Shown one piece after another: positions 8,300-16,131 of a DNA stretch of 24,000 nucleotides. The notes beneath the pieces are model-generated. The model saw nothing but the letters and a program-made list of their open reading frames with translations, did not search any database and was not told the DNA's origin. The first letter of the stretch is position 1, and every line of letters starts with the position of its first letter. Source of the stretch: Candidatus Micrarchaeota archaeon (GTDB taxonomy: Archaea > Micrarchaeota > Micrarchaeia > Micrarchaeales > CABMGC01); contig JASHUB010000025.1 in the NCBI GenBank assembly GCA_030040265.1, forward strand, positions 4,271 to 28,270, in the 5' to 3' direction. A program made the position numbers and the translations under genes.

Positions 8300-8307
8300 T
8301 ATATAAA
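8300..8307 (+). promoter_or_regulatory. TATA box TATATAAA for a leaderless HTH-regulator transcript
   Basis: Centre ~26 nt upstream of ATG 8330, the spacing expected for archaeal leaderless mRNAs. Confidence 0.65.
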
Positions 8308-8329
8308 CCTTTACTCACCAATTACCAGT

Positions 8330-9019
8330 ATGGACAGCCTACGCGAACGCATCGCTGGAGAGATAGCGCTTTCCGAGAATCCGGGAAGCACGATGAAGAA
8401 ATGGCGTGAGCTCTTCGGCATATCGCAGGTCGAACTGTCGAAGCACCTCAAGATATCAACATCAACGATCAGCGACTACGAGGGCAACAGGAGGGCCAGC
8501 CCGGGCGTCAAGATAATCAAGAGGTTCGTCGACGCGCTCTTCATAATCGATGAGAGCAAGGGCAACGAAGTTGTCAGGAACCTGGAGAAGTTCAGCCTGC
8601 CTAAGGAGAAGGACAGCTTCTACAGCATACACGACTTCAGCGCGCCCATCTCCGGAATAGACTTCGCAAGGATAATAGACGCAAAGATCGCCTCGAACCC
8701 GGGATACCTGGACTCGATGAAGCTCTTCGGCTACACGCTTCTGGACAGCCTGCGCGTCATACTCGAGATATCGCCCAGCGAGTACCCGAGGCTGTTCGGC
8801 ACCACCAACGAGCGCGCCTTCATATTCGACCAGGTCAGCACCGGAAGGTCTCCGATGGTCGTCATAAGGGTCGCCCCGATAAAGCCCAGACTGGTTGTGA
8901 TCCAGAACATCGATGCCGTTGACAAGCTCGCGATAAAGATATCCCAGATAGAGAAGATCCCGTTGCTCACCACTAGGCTCAGCACAGAGGAGATAAAGCT
9001 AAGGCTGAACAACATCTAG
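8330..9019 (+). CDS. Archaeal HTH (XRE-like) transcriptional regulator with a conserved C-terminal domain
   Basis: WRELFGISQVELSKHLKISTSTISDYEGNRRASPGVKIIKRFVDAL is a clear helix-turn-helix; the C-terminal region resembles archaeal predicted regulators. Start revised from 8282 by promoter spacing. Confidence 0.8.
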   Translation: MDSLRERIAGEIALSENPGSTMKKWRELFGISQVELSKHLKISTSTISDYEGNRRASPGVKIIKRFVDALFIIDESKGNEVVRNLEKFSLPKEKDSFYSIHDFSAPISGIDFARIIDAKIASNPGYLDSMKLFGYTLLDSLRVILEISPSEYPRLFGTTNERAFIFDQVSTGRSPMVVIRVAPIKPRLVVIQNIDAVDKLAIKISQIEKIPLLTTRLSTEEIKLRLNNI

Positions 9020-9658
9020 GTGGTCCGTCTGGTGGATCGCAATTGGGAGCGTTTCTGGTCCAACAAGGAAACAATCAAGAGAGAGCCCCTCAAATGCATC
9101 GTCGAGCTCGTGCCGGTGCTGAAGAAGAGAGGGTCACGCACGGTGCTGGACCTGGGATGCGGATCCGGTCGCCACGTCGCCTACCTGGCCAAGAAAGGTT
9201 TCATGGCCGTTGGCCAGGACATATCAGCTAACGCACTCGCATTCGCATCTGAGTCATTGAGCAAGATGGGTGCAAGGAACTACGTACTGATCAATCATGA
9301 TGTCACAAGGCTGCCGTTCCCCGATTCCAGTTTCGATGCGGTGATAAGCACGAACGCCATACACCACAATCGGCTAAGGGATATAAACAGGGCGGTGCGC
9401 GAGATACGCCGGATCCTCAAGGACAGGGGCGTGCTCTTCGTCAACCTAACGTCGCGAAGAAAGGAGATGCGTGGCACAGGAAGGAGACTGGAGGCAGGTA
9501 CATATCTGACGCTGAGCGGGCCGGAGAGGGGCATGGTGCACCACCTATTCACAAGGCAGGAGATAAAAAGGACCTTCTCTGGCTTCAAGATTCTAAAACT
9601 CACGCCACCCAGCGAGAAGGACAGGCACTGGCTTTTGCTGGCAGAGAAGAAGGCATGA
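9020..9658 (+). CDS. Class I SAM-dependent methyltransferase
   Basis: TVLDLGCGSGRHVAYLAKKGFMAVGQDIS, LPFPDSSFDAVISTNAIHH, EIRRILKDRGVLFV. GTG start directly abuts the upstream stop codon. Confidence 0.88.
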   Translation: MVRLVDRNWERFWSNKETIKREPLKCIVELVPVLKKRGSRTVLDLGCGSGRHVAYLAKKGFMAVGQDISANALAFASESLSKMGARNYVLINHDVTRLPFPDSSFDAVISTNAIHHNRLRDINRAVREIRRILKDRGVLFVNLTSRRKEMRGTGRRLEAGTYLTLSGPERGMVHHLFTRQEIKRTFSGFKILKLTPPSEKDRHWLLLAEKKA

Positions 9659-9670
9659 CAGCATCAGGGC

Positions 9671-11020
9671 TCAGTTTCTTGCAACCAGGCGAAGGAGCAC
9701 GTCTTTCGGTTGGTAAGCGACCAGGCTGGCAGCAACGAGGAAGTCGCTGTAGAGCCCTCCCTCTTCGTGCTCTCCAAGCAGTCTCCCCATGCCTTCGGCA
9801 AGCTTCTTGTCAGCGGCGGCCTCGAGCAGTTCTGCCACCGCTCCGCCGAGCTCGCTCAAGAACACGCCCTCTATGCGCTTGGCGCGTTCTTCAAGTCGCA
9901 TCTCATTCTTCCTGCCGGCAACCAGCTCTGACAGATTAGCTTCGGGGTGCTCTTCGGCCTGCCTGACCAGCCACATGTTGGCCTCTTGGAAGTCTGTAAA
10001 GAACCGGTAAGCATCTTGGGAGACGGACAGGTCGAGCCTCTGTTTCGATATGCGCTCTGCCGCGCTGAGCGCCAGGGACAAGAGCAGTTCGCCAGCCTGT
10101 ACCGCAGCGTAGTGCGCCACATCATCCGCTGCGATGATGCTCTGGAACGCCCTCTTCGCCTTGATCCTCATCTTCGCAAGCTCGTCATAATCTTCAGCGG
10201 AGGGTTCTGCCAGCACGCCTCTCCGCGTGCATTCAACCGAGTAATTGTAAAACGCGGACAGAGCAGCGAGCGTCTTGGCCCTGGCATCTCCGTCCAGACC
10301 GCTGATGACAAACTCCGTTCCATCGAGGCTTGCACCTGCGATTGCCGCTAGGTTGCCCATCCTTGCGAGCGACATCAATCGAATGATCCTGGTTGCTATG
10401 CTCTTTGCGGGTCCTGTCGGCACGCCCGCGCTGCCCTCAAGCACGCCGGCCAGCGACCTAGTCCTTCTTTCATGGGTGTCCTGTTCGCTTGTAAGGTCGA
10501 AAGGCAGGGCGCCTGGCTCACCAGGTTTGAACCCGCCTATGAAATCTCCAAGCCAATGGTTCATTATGTTCCAGAAAACCTCATCATCGGCAACAGTCGC
10601 GCCTTCCAGCGGACGCGATAGGTCGTACTCAACCGTCCTATCCTTGAGCATCGCAATCAGGTTGCGCAGACTCCTCTGGGTAGCGCCAACTAAGTCAAAC
10701 TCAGCGGACATACTAAGCTTCTCAAATTCCTCCTGGGGGTCGTAGCCGGTCTCGGCGGCATAGTCCTTGGCTGCCATGTCGAACGCAGCCCTGGCGGACT
10801 TGTCCCCCAAGCTCCTAGACACCATATGGAGGAAGAAGGGCGCCACGCGACCAGACACTATCGCTGTGTACCGCATCACGCTGCTGCTGTACGCACCGCC
10901 TGCCTGCCCTATCGCGTTAGTGAAGGTCGTTTGCATGCCTCTGCGGTCCCCGGACACTTCTGCGAAGTACCTCTCGCTCGTGCTTAGGAAGCCCTGCGCG
11001 TGCTGGGTTTTATGTTCCAT
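9671..11020 (-). CDS. Hypothetical protein, predominantly alpha-helical composition
   Basis: Long ORF; track start is 11077. A TATA-like CTTATTAAT on the minus strand near 11050 supports the in-frame ATG at 11020 (MEHKTQHAQG...). Confidence 0.7.
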   Translation of the reverse strand: MEHKTQHAQGFLSTSERYFAEVSGDRRGMQTTFTNAIGQAGGAYSSSVMRYTAIVSGRVAPFFLHMVSRSLGDKSARAAFDMAAKDYAAETGYDPQEEFEKLSMSAEFDLVGATQRSLRNLIAMLKDRTVEYDLSRPLEGATVADDEVFWNIMNHWLGDFIGGFKPGEPGALPFDLTSEQDTHERRTRSLAGVLEGSAGVPTGPAKSIATRIIRLMSLARMGNLAAIAGASLDGTEFVISGLDGDARAKTLAALSAFYNYSVECTRRGVLAEPSAEDYDELAKMRIKAKRAFQSIIAADDVAHYAAVQAGELLLSLALSAAERISKQRLDLSVSQDAYRFFTDFQEANMWLVRQAEEHPEANLSELVAGRKNEMRLEERAKRIEGVFLSELGGAVAELLEAAADKKLAEGMGRLLGEHEEGGLYSDFLVAASLVAYQPKDVLLRLVARN

Positions 11021-11138
11021 CAAATCACAACATCTGCATACGCCCTCATTAATAAGCGTTTGCCCGATGTGACGCACGATGTCGAACCTACCTGCACGAA
11101 ATCGGGAACGTTTTTAAGTGTGGGGCTACAAATGGTAA

Positions 11139-11486
11139 ATGACTTTTATGATGCCGAACATGGACCCGAGAGCCCTAAAGCGCATGATGGAGAGCATGGG
11201 CATAAAGCAGACCGAGATAGACGCTGACCGGGTCATAATCCAGTGCAAGGACAAGAACATAGTCATAGAGTCGCCCAGCGTCACTGCGATAGACGCGCAG
11301 GGCGCGAGAACATTCCAGGTGAGCGGCAGCATAAGCGAGCAGAGCACCGTCAAGGTCGAGATAAGCGATGACGACGTCGCGACAGTCGCGTCGCAGACCG
11401 GTGTTGACAACGATGCGGCAAGGTCGGCGCTCGAGGAGGCGAACGGCGACATCGCAGAAGCGATAATGAAGCTGAAGGGAAGCTAA
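11139..11486 (+). CDS. nac: Archaeal nascent polypeptide-associated complex protein (NAC alpha-like, with UBA domain)
   Basis: MMPNMDPRALKRMMESMGIKQTEIDADRVIIQ...FQVSGSISE and C-terminal UBA-like DVATVASQTGVDNDAARSALEEANGDIAEAIMKLKG. TATA-like TTTTTAAG at ~11110; start could be 11139, 11148 or 11151. Confidence 0.93.
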   Translation: MTFMMPNMDPRALKRMMESMGIKQTEIDADRVIIQCKDKNIVIESPSVTAIDAQGARTFQVSGSISEQSTVKVEISDDDVATVASQTGVDNDAARSALEEANGDIAEAIMKLKGS

Positions 11487-11490
11487 TAGA

Positions 11491-11805
11491 TCACAGCGCG
11501 TCCATCTTGTAGGTGTGCAGGAACGGCACTCCCTGTACCATCCGAACGTCCTCTTTCGTCGCCAGACCGAGTTCTATGAACACCTTCACGGATTCCTTGC
11601 CGACGACATTCGCAGTGTAGATGTGGAACTTCGCTATCTCCTTCTTCGCATCGGCCTCGCTCCTCAGCGAACCGTTGTAGAAGTCCCTGTACTTCTCCAG
11701 GTCGAGCTGCAGCTTGCCCTCAGCGAGTCTCTTGCCAAGCAGGTCCTTGTCGCACACTGCGACAATATCCCCGTGCGGCGTGTTGTGCGCTCTTATGTAC
11801 ATCAT
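11491..11805 (-). CDS. DUF424-like archaeal protein
   Basis: AVCDKDLLGKRLAEGKLQLDL...FY.G......A......HIYTANVVGKESVKVFIELGLATKEDVRMVQGVPFLHTY matches the DUF424 pattern. Confidence 0.78.
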   Translation of the reverse strand: MMYIRAHNTPHGDIVAVCDKDLLGKRLAEGKLQLDLEKYRDFYNGSLRSEADAKKEIAKFHIYTANVVGKESVKVFIELGLATKEDVRMVQGVPFLHTYKMDAL

Positions 11806-11809
11806 TGGC

Positions 11810-13345
11810 TCAGCCGTATTTGTAGAAGAAGAAGAACGTGGAGCCGTAGAGAACGCTGTACCAGAGGAGCCATGCCCCTCCTACTAGGTTGTTGGCCATC
11901 AGCGTGACTATGCCGAGGACGAGCATCGCGCTAGAGAAGGTGACCTCTGCCGCCGAGTTCCTCAGGGCCGTGATGAAGCGCATGCCCCTCTTTTCAATCC
12001 CGTCCCTTGTGCACTTGAAGTCGGGGGCCTTGCCAAGGAGCACTGCGAAAGCAGCGCGCGCCCTTATGAAAGCGAGCCCGAAGTTGAGGAAGAATATGAC
12101 CACGCCATACTTGAACTTCCCGAAGTATATCCTGGAGACGAGCAGGGGCGCCGCGAACGAGATGAATAATGCCAAGAGGCTGAAGTACTCGATGCCAGAT
12201 ATGATCTGTTGCGGATAGATGAGGTTTCTTATCGACACTACGGTGAACGGAACGTTTATCAGCACCATGAGTATGGAGAGCAGGGTGAAGAGTATGAGGA
12301 TGAGCGAGAGGTAATTCAGCCCAAGTCCCAGGCTGAAGTAGTCCATATGCTCCAGTGTCTTGAGCGTCATCTTCTTCTTGTTGTTTAAGTAATGCCCGAG
12401 GAACTGCGTGCCGCCGTAGTTGTACCTCCACTGCTGCCTTGCAAAGGAGGTGAACCTGCCCATCGGCCTTCCAAGCGCGTACGTCCTCGGGATGTACACC
12501 CCCCTGTAGCCCTTGAGCCTGGCGTTGAACGAAAAGAAGGTATCTTCTATTATATACTCGGGGAAGCCGCCTATCTTCCTTATCGCATCGGTCTTTATTA
12601 TCGCGCATGAACCAGCGAAGATCGTAGTGTTCCTCGAGGCGCGGCTCGGTTGCACGAAGCTGAAAAAGAAACTGTTGAACAAGTTGACAGAATCCGCGAA
12701 AAGGTTTAACTTCTGATACCTCTTCTCGGTCTGGACGTAAGCGACATCCTTGTCCTTGAAGAATGGCAGCAGGTCGCGCAGGAAGCTCTTCTTTATCAGG
12801 TACTCATCAGAGTCAAATGACGCCACGTACTCTTCCTTGCAGTACTTCATGAAGTTGTTCATGGCGCCAGCCTTGTACCCTGACCGGTCTTCCCTATGGA
12901 TGAACGTCACCCCTTCCGTCTTGCAGAATCTGCGAAGGTCATCCACATCGTCGCGGTTTGTAGAGTCGTCGACCAGATAGAACGTAAGCTTGCTCTTATC
13001 GTAATCGATGTTCTTGAGCTTGTGTATGACCGTCTTGACAACCTTGGGCTCTTCGTTGTAGTTGGGCACGACCATCGCGACTGTCGGATAGTGGTCCAGT
13101 TTCCCGAACTTAGTCTTCATGTTCTTGAACTTCTGCTCGTACGAGTACGCCGAGTAGTAGGCGATCGCCGCCTGGAGGTTGAACACCGTGGAGATGCCGC
13201 TCAGGAACAGGAATGCTATGGCTATCGCAACGTCGTAAACGTTCGTCGCTATGAAGAAAAGGTACCCGGCGAAGCCTATCGACAGTGCGTTCAGAAGCAG
13301 CACCGCCGGTATGGTCAGATATCTAATCAAGGCGCTCTTGTCCAA
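11810..13345 (-). CDS. Family 2 glycosyltransferase, processive/cellulose-synthase-like integral membrane protein
   Basis: VAMVVPNYNEE, YLVDDSTN, ASFDSDEYL, IEDTFFSFNARLKGYRGVY, QQWRYNYGGTQF (QxxRW-like), with N- and C-terminal TM segments. TTG start follows an in-frame stop. Confidence 0.88.
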   Translation of the reverse strand: MDKSALIRYLTIPAVLLLNALSIGFAGYLFFIATNVYDVAIAIAFLFLSGISTVFNLQAAIAYYSAYSYEQKFKNMKTKFGKLDHYPTVAMVVPNYNEEPKVVKTVIHKLKNIDYDKSKLTFYLVDDSTNRDDVDDLRRFCKTEGVTFIHREDRSGYKAGAMNNFMKYCKEEYVASFDSDEYLIKKSFLRDLLPFFKDKDVAYVQTEKRYQKLNLFADSVNLFNSFFFSFVQPSRASRNTTIFAGSCAIIKTDAIRKIGGFPEYIIEDTFFSFNARLKGYRGVYIPRTYALGRPMGRFTSFARQQWRYNYGGTQFLGHYLNNKKKMTLKTLEHMDYFSLGLGLNYLSLILILFTLLSILMVLINVPFTVVSIRNLIYPQQIISGIEYFSLLALFISFAAPLLVSRIYFGKFKYGVVIFFLNFGLAFIRARAAFAVLLGKAPDFKCTRDGIEKRGMRFITALRNSAAEVTFSSAMLVLGIVTLMANNLVGGAWLLWYSVLYGSTFFFFYKYG

Positions 13346-13461
13346 TGCCTACACCGTAATGATACCATTAATATCCAAGCTTATTATTAAAATGGTTTCG
13401 TTGCAATTTTCTCTCCTGAAGGCAAAAGGATTATAACCTGCTATGCCAAATGCCTATACAT

Positions 13462-13585
13462 GCCAGGGTGGCAGAATCCGGTAACGCGCCGGTCTCGAGT
13501 TTGCAAAACATCGAGAGCTGATTTGTGATGCAACAGGCAAACCGGTGCCCGCAAGGGCTTTAGGGTTCAAATCCCTACCCTGGCG
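13462..13585 (+). tRNA. tRNA-Ser(CGA), class II, with a 40-nt intron (13500-13539) after position 37
   Basis: Acceptor GCCAGGG/CCCTGGC, anticodon stem CCGGT/ACCGG, mature loop CTCGAGA, variable arm GCCC-GCAA-GGGC, T-arm TAGGG-TTCAAAT-CCCTA, G73. Intron ends fit a relaxed bulge-helix-bulge (inner TTGCA/TGCAA; CTCG/CAGG with one mismatch; 3' bulge CAA). D-stem has an A12/C23 mismatch. TATA-like ATTATAAC at 13430-13437. Confidence 0.85.
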
Positions 13586-14167
13586 AACTTCTAAAGGTAT
13601 TTTCCAGCTTTTGACGTATAGGATGCGGTTATGACAAATACCGCCCCGTCAAGTCGAAGAAAGATAACTACGACAATCCTTCGTTAGGCAGCCTTTTTGT
13701 CGCAGAGAACTCGCCTTTGCCTCTAGCAAGAACCTTGTTCGGACCTATAAGGGCATTCTCCACTTCCTATCTAGATATTCCTCGTTCAAGCATTCGCTGC
13801 AGGGAATGCTTAGAAAAAGTGATAATCATCTGCTTACCGCTATGTTGGTCAGCACTCTGGAAAGTATCGCGTTCAGGTTGACGTTTGCTTTTGAGAATCC
13901 GAGGATCTCTATCCCAATTACTCTATTATGGTTGTCTCTGTCCAAAAGGACTCCTTTTCCGACCTCAACAGTATCCTGCACCTTGCCATTGCGGATTCGG
14001 ATATAAGCCGCATCCACCTGCCGGTCGTACTCAAGAACATACTTTTCGGTCTTTGAATGCCTTTTCTCCATGGCTCTCAACCATATCTTCACCAGCAATC
14101 GAGATTTAAAGCCTTATCTGTGAATCGCAGATCTATGGCCGTTCAGAGTCGTCCTACCCTGGCGAAC
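13574..14167. mobile_element. Putative mini integrated element bounded by 15-nt direct repeats of the tRNA-Ser 3' end (att-like sites 13574-13588 and 14153-14167)
   Basis: CCTACCCTGGCGAAC occurs exactly at both positions; the interior is AT-richer than flanking DNA and holds a DUF2283-like gene. Confidence 0.6.
13826..14071 (-). CDS. DUF2283-family small protein
   Basis: YVLEYDRQVDAAYIRIRNGKVQDTVEVGKGVLLDRDNHNRVIGIEILGFSKANV matches the DUF2283 pattern (YD...DALYI.......T.EV..GV..D.D....GIEIL.AS). Track start is 14098; minus-strand GCTTTAAATC at 14103-14112 favours ATG 14071. Confidence 0.8.
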   Translation of the reverse strand: MEKRHSKTEKYVLEYDRQVDAAYIRIRNGKVQDTVEVGKGVLLDRDNHNRVIGIEILGFSKANVNLNAILSRVLTNIAVSR

Positions 14168-15398
14168 GCTTCTCGCCTGTCGAAGAAGGCATGGTCTCGC
14201 CCTTCCTGGCGAGTTCCTTCACTTCCGCTTGGAGCTCCTCCATCGTCTTGCCGTCCCTCTCGAGATGCTCGGAGAGCTGCCTCATTATCCTGGGCGCCTG
14301 CCCGAAGCCGTATCTCGCATAGACCGTGAAGCCTGCTATGCTGTTGGCGCCTGTTTTGAAGGCATCGTAGCCGACGTGGCCATCGAATATCCCTCCCTCA
14401 GCTGTTATGTCCGCCTCTGGAAACGCGAGCCGTATGTCGCGCACGCTCCTCAGCATGTACCCGGTCAAGAACGCGCCGCTCCTTCCTGCGGTCGGGTAGC
14501 CCCAACTGCCGCGCACCTCTGCTGGCAGCTGGTCTTTCGGCACCTTGAACGTGTTCGTCGTCACGACTCCGTGCCCTCCGCCGTCAAGGAACGCCTTGAC
14601 GAGCGCGAGCATCGCATCGCGTCCGGATGGCTCGTACGGGCCTATCTTCATGAGCCTGAGCTTGTGCGGCACAAGCTGCTTCATCAACACAGCGGTCTGG
14701 CGATACGCCTCCTCCGTCTGCAGCAGCGGCAGATCTGCCGTGTTCGGCGACCAGCGGTTGTCTATGTAACCTGAAACGTACGGGTATGTCTGGTGGATCA
14801 GGTCCTCGGTCTGCGCAAGCGCGGAGCCTACCGGATCCTTCTTGTCTGTAGGCAGGCCCGCTATGCTGAGCAATATCTCCGACTTTCCCCCTGCCCCGTA
14901 TTCACGAAGCCTGTCAACGACGTAAGCCAGCCCTTCGCTGGGGAAACCCTGCGCATTGTACAGGTCGACGCCGTCGTTCGCCGACACGACCCTGACCCGA
15001 TCGTTTCCCTTCCTCGGCTCGACGACCACGGTCCCTGGCTGCTGTACATCGAAGTAATGGTCGAGCACCAGCGGGACGTCGAAATTCTTGTCCAGGCCTT
15101 CTGCGGGTTTCACCGGGGCCACCTTCCTCGGAAGTCCGGGCATCTTCACCATCATGTTCTTTGGAGGATCGAATTTCGGGAGCACGAGTCCGGCGATGCC
15201 CTGGTACCTGCGGACCACGTCCTTGACCAGCTCCTGGACGGTCTCGGCGTCGCCTCCGCAGATCTCATAGAGTCTGGGTCTTACCACATCCTTGAAATAG
15301 TCCGGATCGTTTGCGCCCTTCTGGAGCATCATCTTCTCTCTCAGCGAGATGGCCGGCAGCTGCGGCTTTGCGTGCGCAGCTGCTCCACTTGCCCCCAA
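14154..15398 (-). CDS. Dihydroorotate dehydrogenase-like (PyrD-like) TIM-barrel flavoprotein, divergent
   Basis: Late barrel motifs LRLMKIGPYEPSGRD, GVVTTNTFKV, GRSGAFLTGYMLRSVRDIRLAFPEADITAEGGIFDGHVGYDAFKTGANSIAGFTVYARYGFGQAPRIMRQLSEHL resemble the PyrD C-terminal FMN/phosphate-binding region. Confidence 0.6.
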   Translation of the reverse strand: MGASGAAAHAKPQLPAISLREKMMLQKGANDPDYFKDVVRPRLYEICGGDAETVQELVKDVVRRYQGIAGLVLPKFDPPKNMMVKMPGLPRKVAPVKPAEGLDKNFDVPLVLDHYFDVQQPGTVVVEPRKGNDRVRVVSANDGVDLYNAQGFPSEGLAYVVDRLREYGAGGKSEILLSIAGLPTDKKDPVGSALAQTEDLIHQTYPYVSGYIDNRWSPNTADLPLLQTEEAYRQTAVLMKQLVPHKLRLMKIGPYEPSGRDAMLALVKAFLDGGGHGVVTTNTFKVPKDQLPAEVRGSWGYPTAGRSGAFLTGYMLRSVRDIRLAFPEADITAEGGIFDGHVGYDAFKTGANSIAGFTVYARYGFGQAPRIMRQLSEHLERDGKTMEELQAEVKELARKGETMPSSTGEKRSPG

Positions 15399-15428
15399 AC
15401 GATCACCGCTTCTAGTGTGTTCGAAAAG

Positions 15429-15436
15429 TTATATAA
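15429..15436. promoter_or_regulatory. Palindromic TATA box TTATATAA possibly shared by divergent genes at 15398(-) and 15461(+)
   Basis: Centre is ~28 nt from the plus start and ~34 nt from the minus start; no other obvious TATA in the 62-bp gap. Confidence 0.55.
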
Positions 15437-15460
15437 GCATGACCGCAGCAATTCTAATCT

Positions 15461-16123
15461 ATGTTTAATCCTTTCAACAGGAACAAGGCCAGGGTGACGA
15501 TAACCAGCATCAACCTCAAGACGATGGGCAGCATGCACAGCATAGCGGGAAGACAGGTGCCCGAGAAGGTCTTCACGCTAAGCATCCCGTTCGCTAACAA
15601 GGCGGGCAGCGACCTGGTGCCGGAGCAGTTCAAGAGGCCCAGCATCCGGGTCAACAACCCCACGGTATCGGCTCCCTTTGCGCTGGTCGCCGTAGACCCC
15701 GCGCCTCCCCTAGAGGTCGAGTACAAGGACAAGGTCATGCTCAAGATAAAGATAAAGGCGCCGGAAGAGGCCTACCACGGGCCGATGACCATAGACTTCG
15801 GGACGAACACGCAGGACATGGTGCACCTGAGCGTCACGAAGATCGTGCTAAGCTCCGGGGCGAGGCGCGAGGACATAGCCGAGTCCGGGTTCGCCACAAG
15901 CGTCCAGAAGAGCCAGCTGTTCAAGAAGGACCTGCAGATGTACAAGGTGCTCAAGAAGGGCGACACCGTATCGAAGGTGACGGTGAGCCAGCCGTTCGAG
16001 CTCGTGGGCACGGAGCCGAAGCTGCCGGCGGTCGCAGACACGGACAGGAGCTACGTCCTGAGCATATACGTCAAGGCGCCAACGTTCAACTATGCCGGCC
16101 CGCTCGAGGTCAGTATAAACTAG
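15461..16123 (+). CDS. Hypothetical protein with two tandem related beta-rich domains
   Basis: Internal similarity: VSAPFALVAVDPAPPLEVEYKDKVMLKIKIKAPEEAYHGPMTID versus VSQPFELVGTEPKLPAVADTDRSYVLSIYVKAPTFNYAGPLEVS. Near-leaderless start. Confidence 0.75.
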   Translation: MFNPFNRNKARVTITSINLKTMGSMHSIAGRQVPEKVFTLSIPFANKAGSDLVPEQFKRPSIRVNNPTVSAPFALVAVDPAPPLEVEYKDKVMLKIKIKAPEEAYHGPMTIDFGTNTQDMVHLSVTKIVLSSGARREDIAESGFATSVQKSQLFKKDLQMYKVLKKGDTVSKVTVSQPFELVGTEPKLPAVADTDRSYVLSIYVKAPTFNYAGPLEVSIN

Positions 16124-16131
16124 GTGTTGAT

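Noticed and set aside
11994-12608. 204-aa minus-strand ORF within the glycosyltransferase
   Set aside because: Same-strand alternate frame of a well-supported GT2 protein; low-complexity composition without motifs.
13515-13532. C/D-box-like CTGA and GTGATG inside the tRNA-Ser intron
   Set aside because: No proper paired C/D and C'/D' arrangement or terminal stem; the intron is too short and the match is weak.
14200-15398. PyrD-like gene as standard pyrD
   Set aside because: Only the C-terminal barrel motifs are convincing; the divergent N-terminal half prevents a firm functional assignment or gene symbol.
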